The notes: a model not told the origin generated them from the sequence alone. A DNA stretch of 64,000 nt from a bacterium (GCA_037443185.1 JBBIOV010000002.1:32242-96241), one strand, 5' to 3'; positions 41,099-49,454 are shown, counted from the first letter of the stretch. Numbers and translations: made by a program.

Positions 41099-41641
41099 TT
41101 AGATTGATGCGTCGCCAAATGAATGCTTAAAATCTGCCTCCATGCTTCCTCCCTTTGGTTGATGTTGGTTGATTACCTCCAAAATTTTGTACCTGATAAC
41201 CCCCTTTGGGGCTTTCACTGAAATCAAAGCCCCTGCTGCTTTACCCAACAAAACACTTCCACAAGGAGACTGATAAGAGATTTTTCCGATCTCACAATCA
41301 GCTTCCTCTGGGGACACTACTCGTATTTTTTCTTCCTTTCCGTTGGTTAAATCTTTTAATTTAACCACGGAGCCTATACCGATCTTTTTAGATTTAAAGC
41401 TAGACTCCAACCAATCTATAACTGTTGCATTATCTAGCTCTTGTTGCAACTTTTCTCTTTTTAACTCTAACTTTTCCTTTTCCGCGAGAATATCGAGATA
41501 TTCTGCGTCAAGAGGTTGGGAATGATGAAATCTCGCCCGTTGAAGGCTTCTGGGTATTTCTTCGTGAAGCCTCCTGTTTATTGAATCAAGAAGCTCTTTT
41601 TTCTTTTTATACCCTTCAAAGGTCAGAATAATTCCCATCAT
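41099..41641 (-). CDS. GreA/GreB-family transcription factor homologue, non-canonical tip
   Basis: LTFEGY, coiled coil ..DAEY.., IGIGSVVKL, VSPEEAD, ISYQSPCGSVLLGK..G; GDLSEN is replaced by HSQPLD. Confidence 0.88.
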   Translation of the reverse strand: MMGIILTFEGYKKKKELLDSINRRLHEEIPRSLQRARFHHSQPLDAEYLDILAEKEKLELKREKLQQELDNATVIDWLESSFKSKKIGIGSVVKLKDLTNGKEEKIRVVSPEEADCEIGKISYQSPCGSVLLGKAAGALISVKAPKGVIRYKILEVINQHQPKGGSMEADFKHSFGDASI

Positions 41642-41650
41642 TCCCCCTCT

Positions 41651-41857
41651 CTACCGTTTAGATACCAACCGCTGAATCAACGAAACAACTTGTTGACCCA
41701 CCAATGTTCTCTTCTGCACTTCAACGACACCGTTATTTACAACCACTTCTCCGATGCCGTTGATAACCGGCTTGCTTTCTGGGTTGCAACATATTACTTG
41801 TTGATGTCTGGTGTTTTTGAGAGTCAACCATTTTTTATGCTTCTTTTTAAACGCCAT
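41651..41857 (-). CDS. Small basic hypothetical protein (68 aa)
   Basis: SD AAAGGGGGAG before ATG; 9 nt upstream of the Gre-like gene. Confidence 0.62.
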   Translation of the reverse strand: MAFKKKHKKWLTLKNTRHQQVICCNPESKPVINGIGEVVVNNGVVEVQKRTLVGQQVVSLIQRLVSKR

Positions 41858-42060
41858 ATTTTCACTCCCCCTTTGATTTGATTTTTTTTATCTTCTACAA
41901 CAATCAAATCTTTCAAGGGAGATCACCCCCTACACTTTTGCTGGACCTTCATTAATTTAAAGAACACCTCCTTAAGTTATCGCCTTAAATTAGCCTGCCA
42001 GCTTCAGGCTAATAAGCGAGATTGTTTTTCTATTTTATACTTTTCATCTCCTTTTGTCAA
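41858..42060 (-). promoter_or_regulatory. Sigma70 promoter and structured leader of the Gre-like operon
   Basis: TTGACA(42060-55)-17-TAAAAT(42037-32); hairpin 41989-42013; SD/boxA motif 41957-41973; uORFs; SD-occluding hairpin. Confidence 0.7.
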
Positions 42061-42153
42061 TGTAAATTTTCAAACTTTACAAATATCTTTCCTTTTTTCT
42101 GATTTTACAACATTTTGATAGAAATTTGGCAAAACATAAAAAACGCAAGAGAA

Positions 42154-43194
42154 TTATCTTAAATATTTTTTAATATTTTCAAGATGTTCTTGATAAGTTT
42201 TTGAAAAATGCGTTCTGCCCTCTTTATCAGTTAAATAAAAGTAATAATCAGTCATTAATGGCTCAAACGCTGCTTGAATGGATTCAAGACCAGGGTTGGC
42301 TATCGGAGTTGGCGGTAATCCTTTAAATTTGTAAGTATTATATGGGGAATCAATTTTTAGTTCTTTTTCATTAAGCCAAGGTCGATTTGTCTTAAGAATA
42401 TAATTTAAAGTGGAATCGACCTGGAGGGGATAATTATCTTGTAGTCTTTTCCATAATATTCCGGAGACTATTTTTTTATCATTTTTTTCTTGGACTTCTT
42501 TTTCAATAATTGAAGCCAACTTGAGAATATCATAAAACTGATTATCAGCAACTGATAGCGGCTGTTTTATTTTTAGCGGTGAATTTTGTATAAAAGTGTT
42601 TAAATTATTCAAAACTTTATTTTTAAAATTTTTTAAAATGGTTTTTAAAATAACGTCTGTTTTTTGGCCTTTTTTAAAATAATAAGTATCAGGAAATAAA
42701 TAGCCTTCAAAATTATTTATTTTAAATTCTAGAATTTCGCTTGAATCGAAGTTTTTTAAATCATCTAAAAATTGAACTTTAGAAATTATTTTTTTATCTT
42801 CCAAAATTTCCCCAAACTGCTCTACAGTTTTACCTTCAGGAAAAATAACAATAATGTCTGGCTGATTTTGTAAAATTTTCAGCACATCAAAACCATTTAA
42901 TCTACCGCTAAATTCGTAAAATCCTACTTGCAATTTTCTTTCAATATTATAATTTCTAGCGGCTATTTTAAATAAAAATTCACTCTTGATTACTCCTTTT
43001 TCTTTTAAAAGACCTGAAAGTGCAGAAAGAGTTTGACCTTCTTTAACTTCCACTGAAATTACTTGATTACCAAGGTCGACTTTTTGCCAAAAACCAAAAT
43101 AGAAAAAAAATCCGCTTGAAATTAAAATGATAATCAAAGATCCGACAAATCCTAAAATAAAAAAAATAACCGATTTTTTCCAATTAAAAATCAT
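42154..43194 (-). CDS. mltG: Endolytic transglycosylase MltG
   Basis: FPEG, EGYLFPDTY, LASIIEKE, LQVDST, SPYNTY..GLPPTPIANPG. Confidence 0.96.
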   Translation of the reverse strand: MIFNWKKSVIFFILGFVGSLIIILISSGFFFYFGFWQKVDLGNQVISVEVKEGQTLSALSGLLKEKGVIKSEFLFKIAARNYNIERKLQVGFYEFSGRLNGFDVLKILQNQPDIIVIFPEGKTVEQFGEILEDKKIISKVQFLDDLKNFDSSEILEFKINNFEGYLFPDTYYFKKGQKTDVILKTILKNFKNKVLNNLNTFIQNSPLKIKQPLSVADNQFYDILKLASIIEKEVQEKNDKKIVSGILWKRLQDNYPLQVDSTLNYILKTNRPWLNEKELKIDSPYNTYKFKGLPPTPIANPGLESIQAAFEPLMTDYYFYLTDKEGRTHFSKTYQEHLENIKKYLR

Positions 43195-43260
43195 AGATTT
43201 TTTGTTGTAGTTGAATTTGTCCTTTTGAAAAATTTTGAAAAAAATTTAAAAGTTTACCCT

Positions 43261-43416
43261 TTATCTGCTTTCTTGATGAATGGTATGCTCTTTACACCAA
43301 GGACAAAACTTAGAAAAAGACAGCTTTCTTGAGACTGTCTTTTTGTTTTTATATGGCCAATAATTTATCCTTTTGCACTTGGCGCATTTTAATTTTGTCA
43401 TTTTTTCCATTGCCAT
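43261..43416 (-). CDS. rpmG: 50S ribosomal protein L33 (Zn-binding form)
   Basis: LKCAKCKRINY..KNKK..KFCPWCKEHTIHQE. Start moved downstream of tRNA-Thr (ATG 43416, or 43410). Confidence 0.92.
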   Translation of the reverse strand: MAMEKMTKLKCAKCKRINYWPYKNKKTVSRKLSFSKFCPWCKEHTIHQESR

Positions 43417-43419
43417 AGA

Positions 43420-43492
43420 AGCCGATGACCGGGGTCGAACCGGTGACCTTTCCCTTACCATGGGAATGCTCTACCAGCTGAGCTACATCGGC
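43420..43492 (-). tRNA. tRNA-Thr(GGT)
   Basis: GCCGATG/CATCGGC acceptor, TTCCC-ATGGTAA-GGGAA, GGTTCGACCCC. Confidence 0.95.
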
Positions 43493-43554
43493 AAAAATTT
43501 AATTCTCACTCAAAAAGCAACGATCCCTTTAGATGATTGACCTTGTTTTTTATA

Positions 43555-43639
43555 TGCGGAGAGGAGGATTCGAACCTCCGTAGCCCAGATGGGCGCCAGA
43601 TTTACAGTCTGGTGCATTTGACCGCTCTGCCATCTCCGC
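43555..43639 (-). tRNA. tRNA-Tyr(GTA)
   Basis: GCGGAGA/TCTCCGC acceptor, CCAGA-CTGTAAA-TCTGG, long variable arm, GGTTCGAATCC. Confidence 0.95.
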
Positions 43640-43677
43640 TTTTTTTAATAATATTAAAAAAAATAATATTAATAAAA

Positions 43678-43749
43678 AGCCGATGGAGGGATTTGAACCC
43701 ACAACCTGCCGCTTACAAAGCGGCTGCTCTGCCATTGAGCTACATCGGC
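43678..43749 (-). tRNA. tRNA-Thr(TGT)
   Basis: GCCGATG/CATCGGC acceptor, GCCGC-TTTGTAA-GCGGC, GGTTCAAATCC. Confidence 0.93.
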
Positions 43750-43752
43750 CAA

Positions 43753-44529
43753 TCATCTTAACATCTCAATCTCTTTTTGTAGGTCTCTATCTTTGGAACC
43801 AAGTTTCAATGCATACTCAAAACAATTTTTCGCATCTTCGAAATTACCCAATTCTTTATAAATGATGCCAAGTTTTTTGTAAATATTAAAATCTTTTGGC
43901 CTTAAAGTAATCAATTTTAAAAGAGATTGTTCCTGTTTTAATAAAATATCACGCTTAATTGGATCATCGACAACTTGTTTTTTAAGTTCCTCCTTGTCTG
44001 TTTTAAAATCATCAGTCCTTGAATGAAACATTTGTTCCTTTAAAGGAGATGTCTCTTTTTTTTCCTTGAAAATCGGTTTAAAGATTGATGGTGGTATTTG
44101 TTTATTTTTAAAATCGTCAGTTCTTGCTACCTTCACAGATAATTTTCCTTCTTTAGTTTTATTGACTTTTTCCCATAGATTCTTCAAAAATTCCTTTTTT
44201 TCTTTACTAAAATGAACTGGCTTTAATTCTTTTTTGAATGTAGCAATTCTTGATAAAAATGCATTTTTTATTAGAAAAAAAAATTGAGTAATTTTATTAA
44301 CGCTGAAAATAACTGTCTTTTTGAATCTAGGAGCTATGAAGAAAAACATTTTTTTAAACCATAAGCCAGCTTGTTTGAAAAAAATATTTATTTTTGAAAA
44401 AATGATTTTGGTGATAAAAATAATTTTATCCCGTTTTTCCTTTTGGGTAAATATTTTCTTTGAATACAAAGCTAAAATTCCTGCGATGCTGAAATAAAAT
44501 ATGATTTTTGCGATTAAAATGAAAATCAT
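43753..44529 (-). CDS. Membrane-anchored protein with C-terminal TPR
   Basis: N-terminal TM; PKDFNIYKKLGIIYKELGNFEDAKNCFEYALKL is a TPR. Confidence 0.75.
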   Translation of the reverse strand: MIFILIAKIIFYFSIAGILALYSKKIFTQKEKRDKIIFITKIIFSKINIFFKQAGLWFKKMFFFIAPRFKKTVIFSVNKITQFFFLIKNAFLSRIATFKKELKPVHFSKEKKEFLKNLWEKVNKTKEGKLSVKVARTDDFKNKQIPPSIFKPIFKEKKETSPLKEQMFHSRTDDFKTDKEELKKQVVDDPIKRDILLKQEQSLLKLITLRPKDFNIYKKLGIIYKELGNFEDAKNCFEYALKLGSKDRDLQKEIEMLR

Positions 44530-45107
44530 ATTTCGTATCTGGTAAATCCTCCAATTTCAATTTTTTCTCCAAATTTTGCTGTTTTTTCTTCAAGTAAATT
44601 TTTTATTTTTTTCGTTGGTTCTTTTATAAAAAATTGCTCAAGCAAAACTACTTCTTCCTTAAATTTATTGATTTTACCTTGAATAATTTTTTCTTTTATT
44701 TGAGCTGGTTTTTTATCTTGAAGAAGTTCTTGGGCATAGAAGTCTTCTTTTTCTTTTATGATTGCTTGAGGAATATCTTCATTTTTAATATATAAAGGAT
44801 TGCAAGCGGCTATCTGTAAAGCTAAGTTATGAGCTAATTCTTTAAATTCAGGATTGCGAGCCACAAAATCTGTTTCACAATATAAAACTAACAAAACCCC
44901 AATTTTTCCATTAAGATGAATATAAGCCTCAACAAGACCGGCTTTGGTAATCCTGTCTTGCTTTTTTGATGCTAAAACTTGACTTCGATTTTGTAAAATT
45001 TTCAGCGCTTTTTCTTCATCACCCTTTGCTTCTTCTAAAGCTTTTTTACATTCAATTACTGACATTCCAGTAATTTGTCTAATTTTTCTTAAAGTGTTAA
45101 TATCCAT
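44526..45107 (-). CDS. tsf: Elongation factor Ts (short form)
   Basis: ECKKALEEAKGD, CETDFVAR; follows rpsB. Confidence 0.97.
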   Translation of the reverse strand: MDINTLRKIRQITGMSVIECKKALEEAKGDEEKALKILQNRSQVLASKKQDRITKAGLVEAYIHLNGKIGVLLVLYCETDFVARNPEFKELAHNLALQIAACNPLYIKNEDIPQAIIKEKEDFYAQELLQDKKPAQIKEKIIQGKINKFKEEVVLLEQFFIKEPTKKIKNLLEEKTAKFGEKIEIGGFTRYEI

Positions 45108-45153
45108 AATTTTTGAAAATTTATTAGTAAAAATTTTAAAAATATATTTTTAA

Positions 45154-45888
45154 TTATTCTTTAACGACGCTTTTATCATTTTTTACTTTTTTGACAACTT
45201 CAATAATTTTTCCAAAAATGTAATTTAAAGAAGAAACTGCGTCATCGTTAGCCGGAATTGGATAATCAATTTGGTTAGGATCGGCGTTTGAGTCGCATAA
45301 AGCAACAACTTTTACTCCTTTTGCTTTGGCTTCTTTAATGGCTAACTTATCATGCACTGCATCAACCACGAAAATTGCTTCAGGCAATTTTGTTAAATCC
45401 TTAAGACCACCCCATTTCTTTGTTAAATATTGTAATTCCTTTAAAAAAAGGAGTCTTTCTTTTTTAGTGTATTTATCAAGCTCACCGCTTGCTATTTTTT
45501 TCTCTAACTCTCTAAAATACTCCAATCTTTTAGCAATAACAGAAAAATTAGTAAATGTCCCCCCCATCCATCTTTCAACTATATAAGGCATACCTATTTC
45601 TTTTGCCATCTTTTCAGTAACTTGGCGAGCATGGCTACGCGTTCCAACAAAAAGGATTGTTTTATCTTCTTTTATTAAATCAGCAATAAAATTCAAAGCC
45701 TTAAAAAATCTATCGAAAGTTTGTTCAAGATCAATAATATGCACAGCGCCTCTTGTTCCTTTTAAAAAAGGTTTCATTTGAGGGTTCCATTTTGATGCTC
45801 GATGCCCAAAAGAAACTCCCGCTTTTGCCATTTCAGCAATGGCTATGTCTTTGGAGCCTAAAATCGCTTCAACCACATTATTTGACAT
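45154..45888 (-). CDS. rpsB: 30S ribosomal protein S2
   Basis: AGVSFGH..WNPQM, RWMGGTFTN, PIPANDD. Confidence 0.98.
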   Translation of the reverse strand: MSNNVVEAILGSKDIAIAEMAKAGVSFGHRASKWNPQMKPFLKGTRGAVHIIDLEQTFDRFFKALNFIADLIKEDKTILFVGTRSHARQVTEKMAKEIGMPYIVERWMGGTFTNFSVIAKRLEYFRELEKKIASGELDKYTKKERLLFLKELQYLTKKWGGLKDLTKLPEAIFVVDAVHDKLAIKEAKAKGVKVVALCDSNADPNQIDYPIPANDDAVSSLNYIFGKIIEVVKKVKNDKSVVKE

Positions 45889-46024
45889 AAAATTACAAAA
45901 TTTACTTTTTAGTGATTTTTTTTATTTTTATAGTATAAGATTTTCTTTTGATAAAGTCAACTTCAAAATTTTTTTATTCAATAAAAAATATTTATTTTTT
46001 TGAAACTTGAATTTAATAAAAAAA

Positions 46025-46093
46025 CCCAGCCCCATTTTCTATCATCCCTTGAATTTATACAAAAAATTAGGGATTTCAGAAAATGGGGCTGGG
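46025..46093 (-). terminator. Long GC-rich terminator-like hairpin 3' of the gene at 46162-46779
   Basis: 16-bp CCCAGCCCCATTTTCT/AGAAAATGGGGCTGGG with inner ATCCCT/AGGGAT and a U-tract on the minus strand. Confidence 0.75.
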
Positions 46094-46161
46094 CCCTCCG
46101 ATAAAGATCTCATATTAATATGGCTTATTTTGGAAATTTCCAAAAATAAGCGTTTTTATTT

Positions 46162-46779
46162 TTACAATGAAGGAACAAGTTTTGAATATTGCTTGAGATT
46201 ATTGAGTTGCGATTGGGTGAGCTTTTGAGCTCTTGAAATCGCTTCTTTGATTAAATTCACAGAGAACGATATTTCTTGACCTACTTTCAATTTGAAATTA
46301 CCAGTCTTATCTTTCATATAATCTTCAATATAAATCTTATGTTCTTTTGACAGGTTGAGCGAGGAGCCTTCAGTGGATAAATATTTCTTTAGCGCTTTTC
46401 TAGCCAAATGCGTTATCCCCTCTCCCTTTCCCGCTTTTTCAGTATAAATTTCAACCTTTGCAACTTCTGGACCTCCTGTACCTATTTGGTTTTCAGTAGT
46501 TGTTTTAGTTTCTGATACTTTAGCGTTTGTTTCATTTTGTGTTTTAATATTTGCTGGAACTTCTTGACTACTTCGTATCGGAAACTTATTGGACGTCATC
46601 TTTTCTGAAGAAGTAGAATAAAAATAGATACCAAGCGCCAATAAAATGATAGCAATCAATGGCAATATAATCGTACTAAAATTTTCTTTTATCCAAGCAA
46701 TAGCTTTAGCCGTCATACCATTTTGCCACATTTTTTCATTTTTCAATCTGAAATTATCATTCTCTTTTATTTTTGCCAT
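46162..46779 (-). CDS. Membrane-anchored hypothetical protein with possible LysM-like C-terminal domain
   Basis: Single TM, low-complexity linker, AGKGEGITHLARKAL..LKVGQEISF. Start moved to ATG 46779, after SD GAAGGAGGTGA. Confidence 0.68.
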   Translation of the reverse strand: MAKIKENDNFRLKNEKMWQNGMTAKAIAWIKENFSTIILPLIAIILLALGIYFYSTSSEKMTSNKFPIRSSQEVPANIKTQNETNAKVSETKTTTENQIGTGGPEVAKVEIYTEKAGKGEGITHLARKALKKYLSTEGSSLNLSKEHKIYIEDYMKDKTGNFKLKVGQEISFSVNLIKEAISRAQKLTQSQLNNLKQYSKLVPSL

Positions 46780-46913
46780 AATTTTCATCACCTCCTTCCA
46801 TAAATCATCAACCATTAAAAATTCTGAAACAATTGCTTGTTTCAAAATTTTTAATATTTAATTGTTAAGGATCTAAAACTTTTTTTAACATTTATAATTT
46901 CTTACTGTTGATA

Positions 46914-47624
46914 TTAATTTTTCAGCAATACTGACTCCATTTTACCTTCCATAATATCTTCCAAATTATACCAACTTTTATTTATTCGATGATCAGTTAA
47001 GCGATTTTGAGGAAAATTATAAGTTTTTATCTTTTCAGCCCTTTTTGCTTTACCAATTTGTTGTCTCCTGATATCACTTAACTGAGCTATTTTCTTTTGT
47101 TCTTGTAAATCATTTAATTTTGCTTGTAATATCCTTAAAGCCTTTTCTTTATTTCTATGGCTGGAGCGTTCATCTTGGCTTGAAACAGTTAAACCAGTAG
47201 GCAAATGGATTATTCTAATAGCCGATTCTGTAACATTTATATGTTGACCGCCCTTGCCTGAAGCTTTAAAGTGTTCAATTTTTAAATCTTTAGGTTTTAA
47301 AGAAACTTCTGAAATCTCAGGTTCCTTAAGAACTGCAACAGTAATAGTAGAAGTATGAATACGACCATATTTTTCAGTTTTAGGCACTCTTTGAACTCGA
47401 TGAGTGCCTGATTCTCCTTTAAAAATATTCCAAACATTATCTCCTGAAATTTCTAAAATCGCTTCTTTAATACCGCCTGAAGTGCTTTTTGTGGAGCTAA
47501 TTAGGGAGACCTTAAATCTTTTAGAAGCTGCAAATTTAGTATAAGCTCTTAAAATATCGCTTGCAAAAATAGCAGCTTCTTCCCCTCCGGTTCCCGCTCG
47601 AATTTCAAGAATAATTGTTTCCAT
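46914..47624 (-). CDS. prfA: Peptide chain release factor 1 lacking N-terminal domain 1
   Basis: LEIRAGTGGEEA, ESGTHRVQRVPKTE (PxT), GKGGQ, TYNFPQNRLTDHR; rpmE-prfA synteny. Start ATG 47624, or TTG 47684. Confidence 0.9.
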   Translation of the reverse strand: METIILEIRAGTGGEEAAIFASDILRAYTKFAASKRFKVSLISSTKSTSGGIKEAILEISGDNVWNIFKGESGTHRVQRVPKTEKYGRIHTSTITVAVLKEPEISEVSLKPKDLKIEHFKASGKGGQHINVTESAIRIIHLPTGLTVSSQDERSSHRNKEKALRILQAKLNDLQEQKKIAQLSDIRRQQIGKAKRAEKIKTYNFPQNRLTDHRINKSWYNLEDIMEGKMESVLLKN

Positions 47625-47625
47625 T

Positions 47626-47841
47626 TCATTTTTTTGAAACTCTTTGAGAATATCTTTGTTTAAATTTTTCAACTTGTCCAGCAATATCTACAAATTTATG
47701 TTTTCCGGTATAAAACGGGTGACAATTAGAACATATTTCAATCTCCATCTCTTTAACAGTAGAACCAACGGTATAAACAGCTCCGCAAGCGCATTTAATC
47801 TTTGCCTCTGGATAATAAGTAGGATGTATATCTTTTTTCAT
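47626..47841 (-). CDS. rpmE: 50S ribosomal protein L31 (Zn-binding form)
   Basis: [29 protein letters not shown]. Confidence 0.98.
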   Translation of the reverse strand: MKKDIHPTYYPEAKIKCACGAVYTVGSTVKEMEIEICSNCHPFYTGKHKFVDIAGQVEKFKQRYSQRVSKK

Positions 47842-48042
47842 AGTTTCAAAATACTAACATAAAGTTCTTAAAAAATCAAATATTAATTAATAAAAAAGTG
47901 ATAATTATAATTAAAGCTTGATAAATTTTAAGTTACCGATGACGAATGTTACTAACTATCTTTAATTAGGTAAAGCAGATGAATTAAGAATTTAACAATT
48001 TGAAATTTGAAAAACAACTATCATTTAAATACTTTATAGTCT

Positions 48043-49347
48043 TTAAAATATCTCTGCTAAATTCAATTTCTGCACCTCTTCAGCGATAATTTGAGATAAC
48101 TCCATTACTTGATCACCATAAAAACTATATTGTGGTTTTTTCCAATTTGAACCAGAAAAATATATTTGCGCCGCTCGCCATTCAGCTTCCCAAGTTTGCG
48201 CATCTGCCCCATTTGCCACAAGTTTGATTGCAGCGGCAGCGAAAGCATCATCTAAATCCCAGGGCGAAGGAGGATTATGGCCTGTAATTTCAGAAATTTT
48301 ACTTTCATACTGCAACCAAGTACTGGGTAAAAATTGAGCAGGTCCCATAGCGCCACCCCATCCATAGTTTGGCTTAGCAGAAACTGGCATTAAATCAGGA
48401 TTTAAATTTAATTTAGCAGTGACTATTTTAAAAGCTTCCCGCTCTTTGGGACTCATATCTTTTCTCCAATTTCCACCTCCAACATTGGCACCCCAATCAG
48501 ATTCTTTTTTTAAAACAGCCATTAGAAATTCTGGTCTAATACTTGTTTTTTGAGCTACCTTTTTGGCACGACGATAAGCTTCGTCTAAACTCATACTTGA
48601 GGCAAGTCCCTGTAACATATAAATTCGTTCACGAATTTCCGCTATAGCTTTTTCGGTTTGAATTTTCTTTTGAGATAAAGCGTTTTCTTTTTGTTTTCCT
48701 TGTTCAATTATTGCTTCCTTTTGAGTCATCTTATTTGTTAAAGTTCTCCTTTGAATTTGTTGCAAATTTTTTAACTTTAATTGTTCGGCTTTTTGATTTT
48801 CTAAATTTTCCTTTTCCTTATCTAAATCCTCTTTAATTATTTTGATGTCATTAATATTAGTTTGAAGAGATTCTTGAAAAAAGTTTAATGATTGAACTTG
48901 ATTAAAAAAACTACTGAATCGATTTTCTCTTAAAAATATCTCTAAAAAAGAAACTTTTCCTTTTTCATAAAGACTTCTTAAAAAAGCTGATAAATACTGT
49001 CTCTTTTTGTCTAATTTTTTTTCAAGTTGCTGAATTTTCTTATCTAATTCATTGATTTGATTTTCAGTCTCTTGAATAGCAACTCCAGTTGCTTCCATTT
49101 GTTTTTCAATTTTCTTAATTTCAAATTCTATTATTTTAATTTCGTCCTGTAAAGTTTTTCTTTCCTGAGCTATTTTTTGAATGTTTAATCTGAAAATTTC
49201 AATTTCTTTTTCTAAATCAGATAACTGTTTTTTATAAATGTTGGATAAATCTTTAGTACTAATACCAATAACTGGAAGAGTTACAAAATTAAAGTAAAAA
49301 GCGATGATAAGCAAAAATAAGACAGTTTTTATTTCTGTTTTTATCAT
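48043..49347 (-). CDS. Secreted coiled-coil protein with lytic transglycosylase domain
   Basis: Signal peptide, long coiled coil, AVLKKES, GGAMGPAQFLPSTW, PWDLDDA. Confidence 0.85.
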   Translation of the reverse strand: MIKTEIKTVLFLLIIAFYFNFVTLPVIGISTKDLSNIYKKQLSDLEKEIEIFRLNIQKIAQERKTLQDEIKIIEFEIKKIEKQMEATGVAIQETENQINELDKKIQQLEKKLDKKRQYLSAFLRSLYEKGKVSFLEIFLRENRFSSFFNQVQSLNFFQESLQTNINDIKIIKEDLDKEKENLENQKAEQLKLKNLQQIQRRTLTNKMTQKEAIIEQGKQKENALSQKKIQTEKAIAEIRERIYMLQGLASSMSLDEAYRRAKKVAQKTSIRPEFLMAVLKKESDWGANVGGGNWRKDMSPKEREAFKIVTAKLNLNPDLMPVSAKPNYGWGGAMGPAQFLPSTWLQYESKISEITGHNPPSPWDLDDAFAAAAIKLVANGADAQTWEAEWRAAQIYFSGSNWKKPQYSFYGDQVMELSQIIAEEVQKLNLAEIF

Positions 49348-49454
49348 ATAAATTCATTATATCAAAATAATCCCATTTATCAAATGGGATTATTTTATCC
49401 TAAAAAACAGCTTTCATAAATTTAGAAAATATCTAAATAAAATTTTTATGACCC

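Noticed and set aside
36534-43865. Short ORFs at 36534-36722, 43537-43761, 43550-43756 and 43683-43865
   Set aside because: They overlap tRNA genes and are translations of tRNA sequence.
43995-44130. RTDDFK duplication in the TPR protein
   Set aside because: Only a short two-copy repeat in a low-complexity linker.
47624-47700. Programmed frameshift supplying the missing RF1 N-terminus
   Set aside because: The upstream sequence is fully occupied by rpmE; no domain-1 coding region exists in any frame, and the PxT motif indicates RF1, not the frameshifted RF2.
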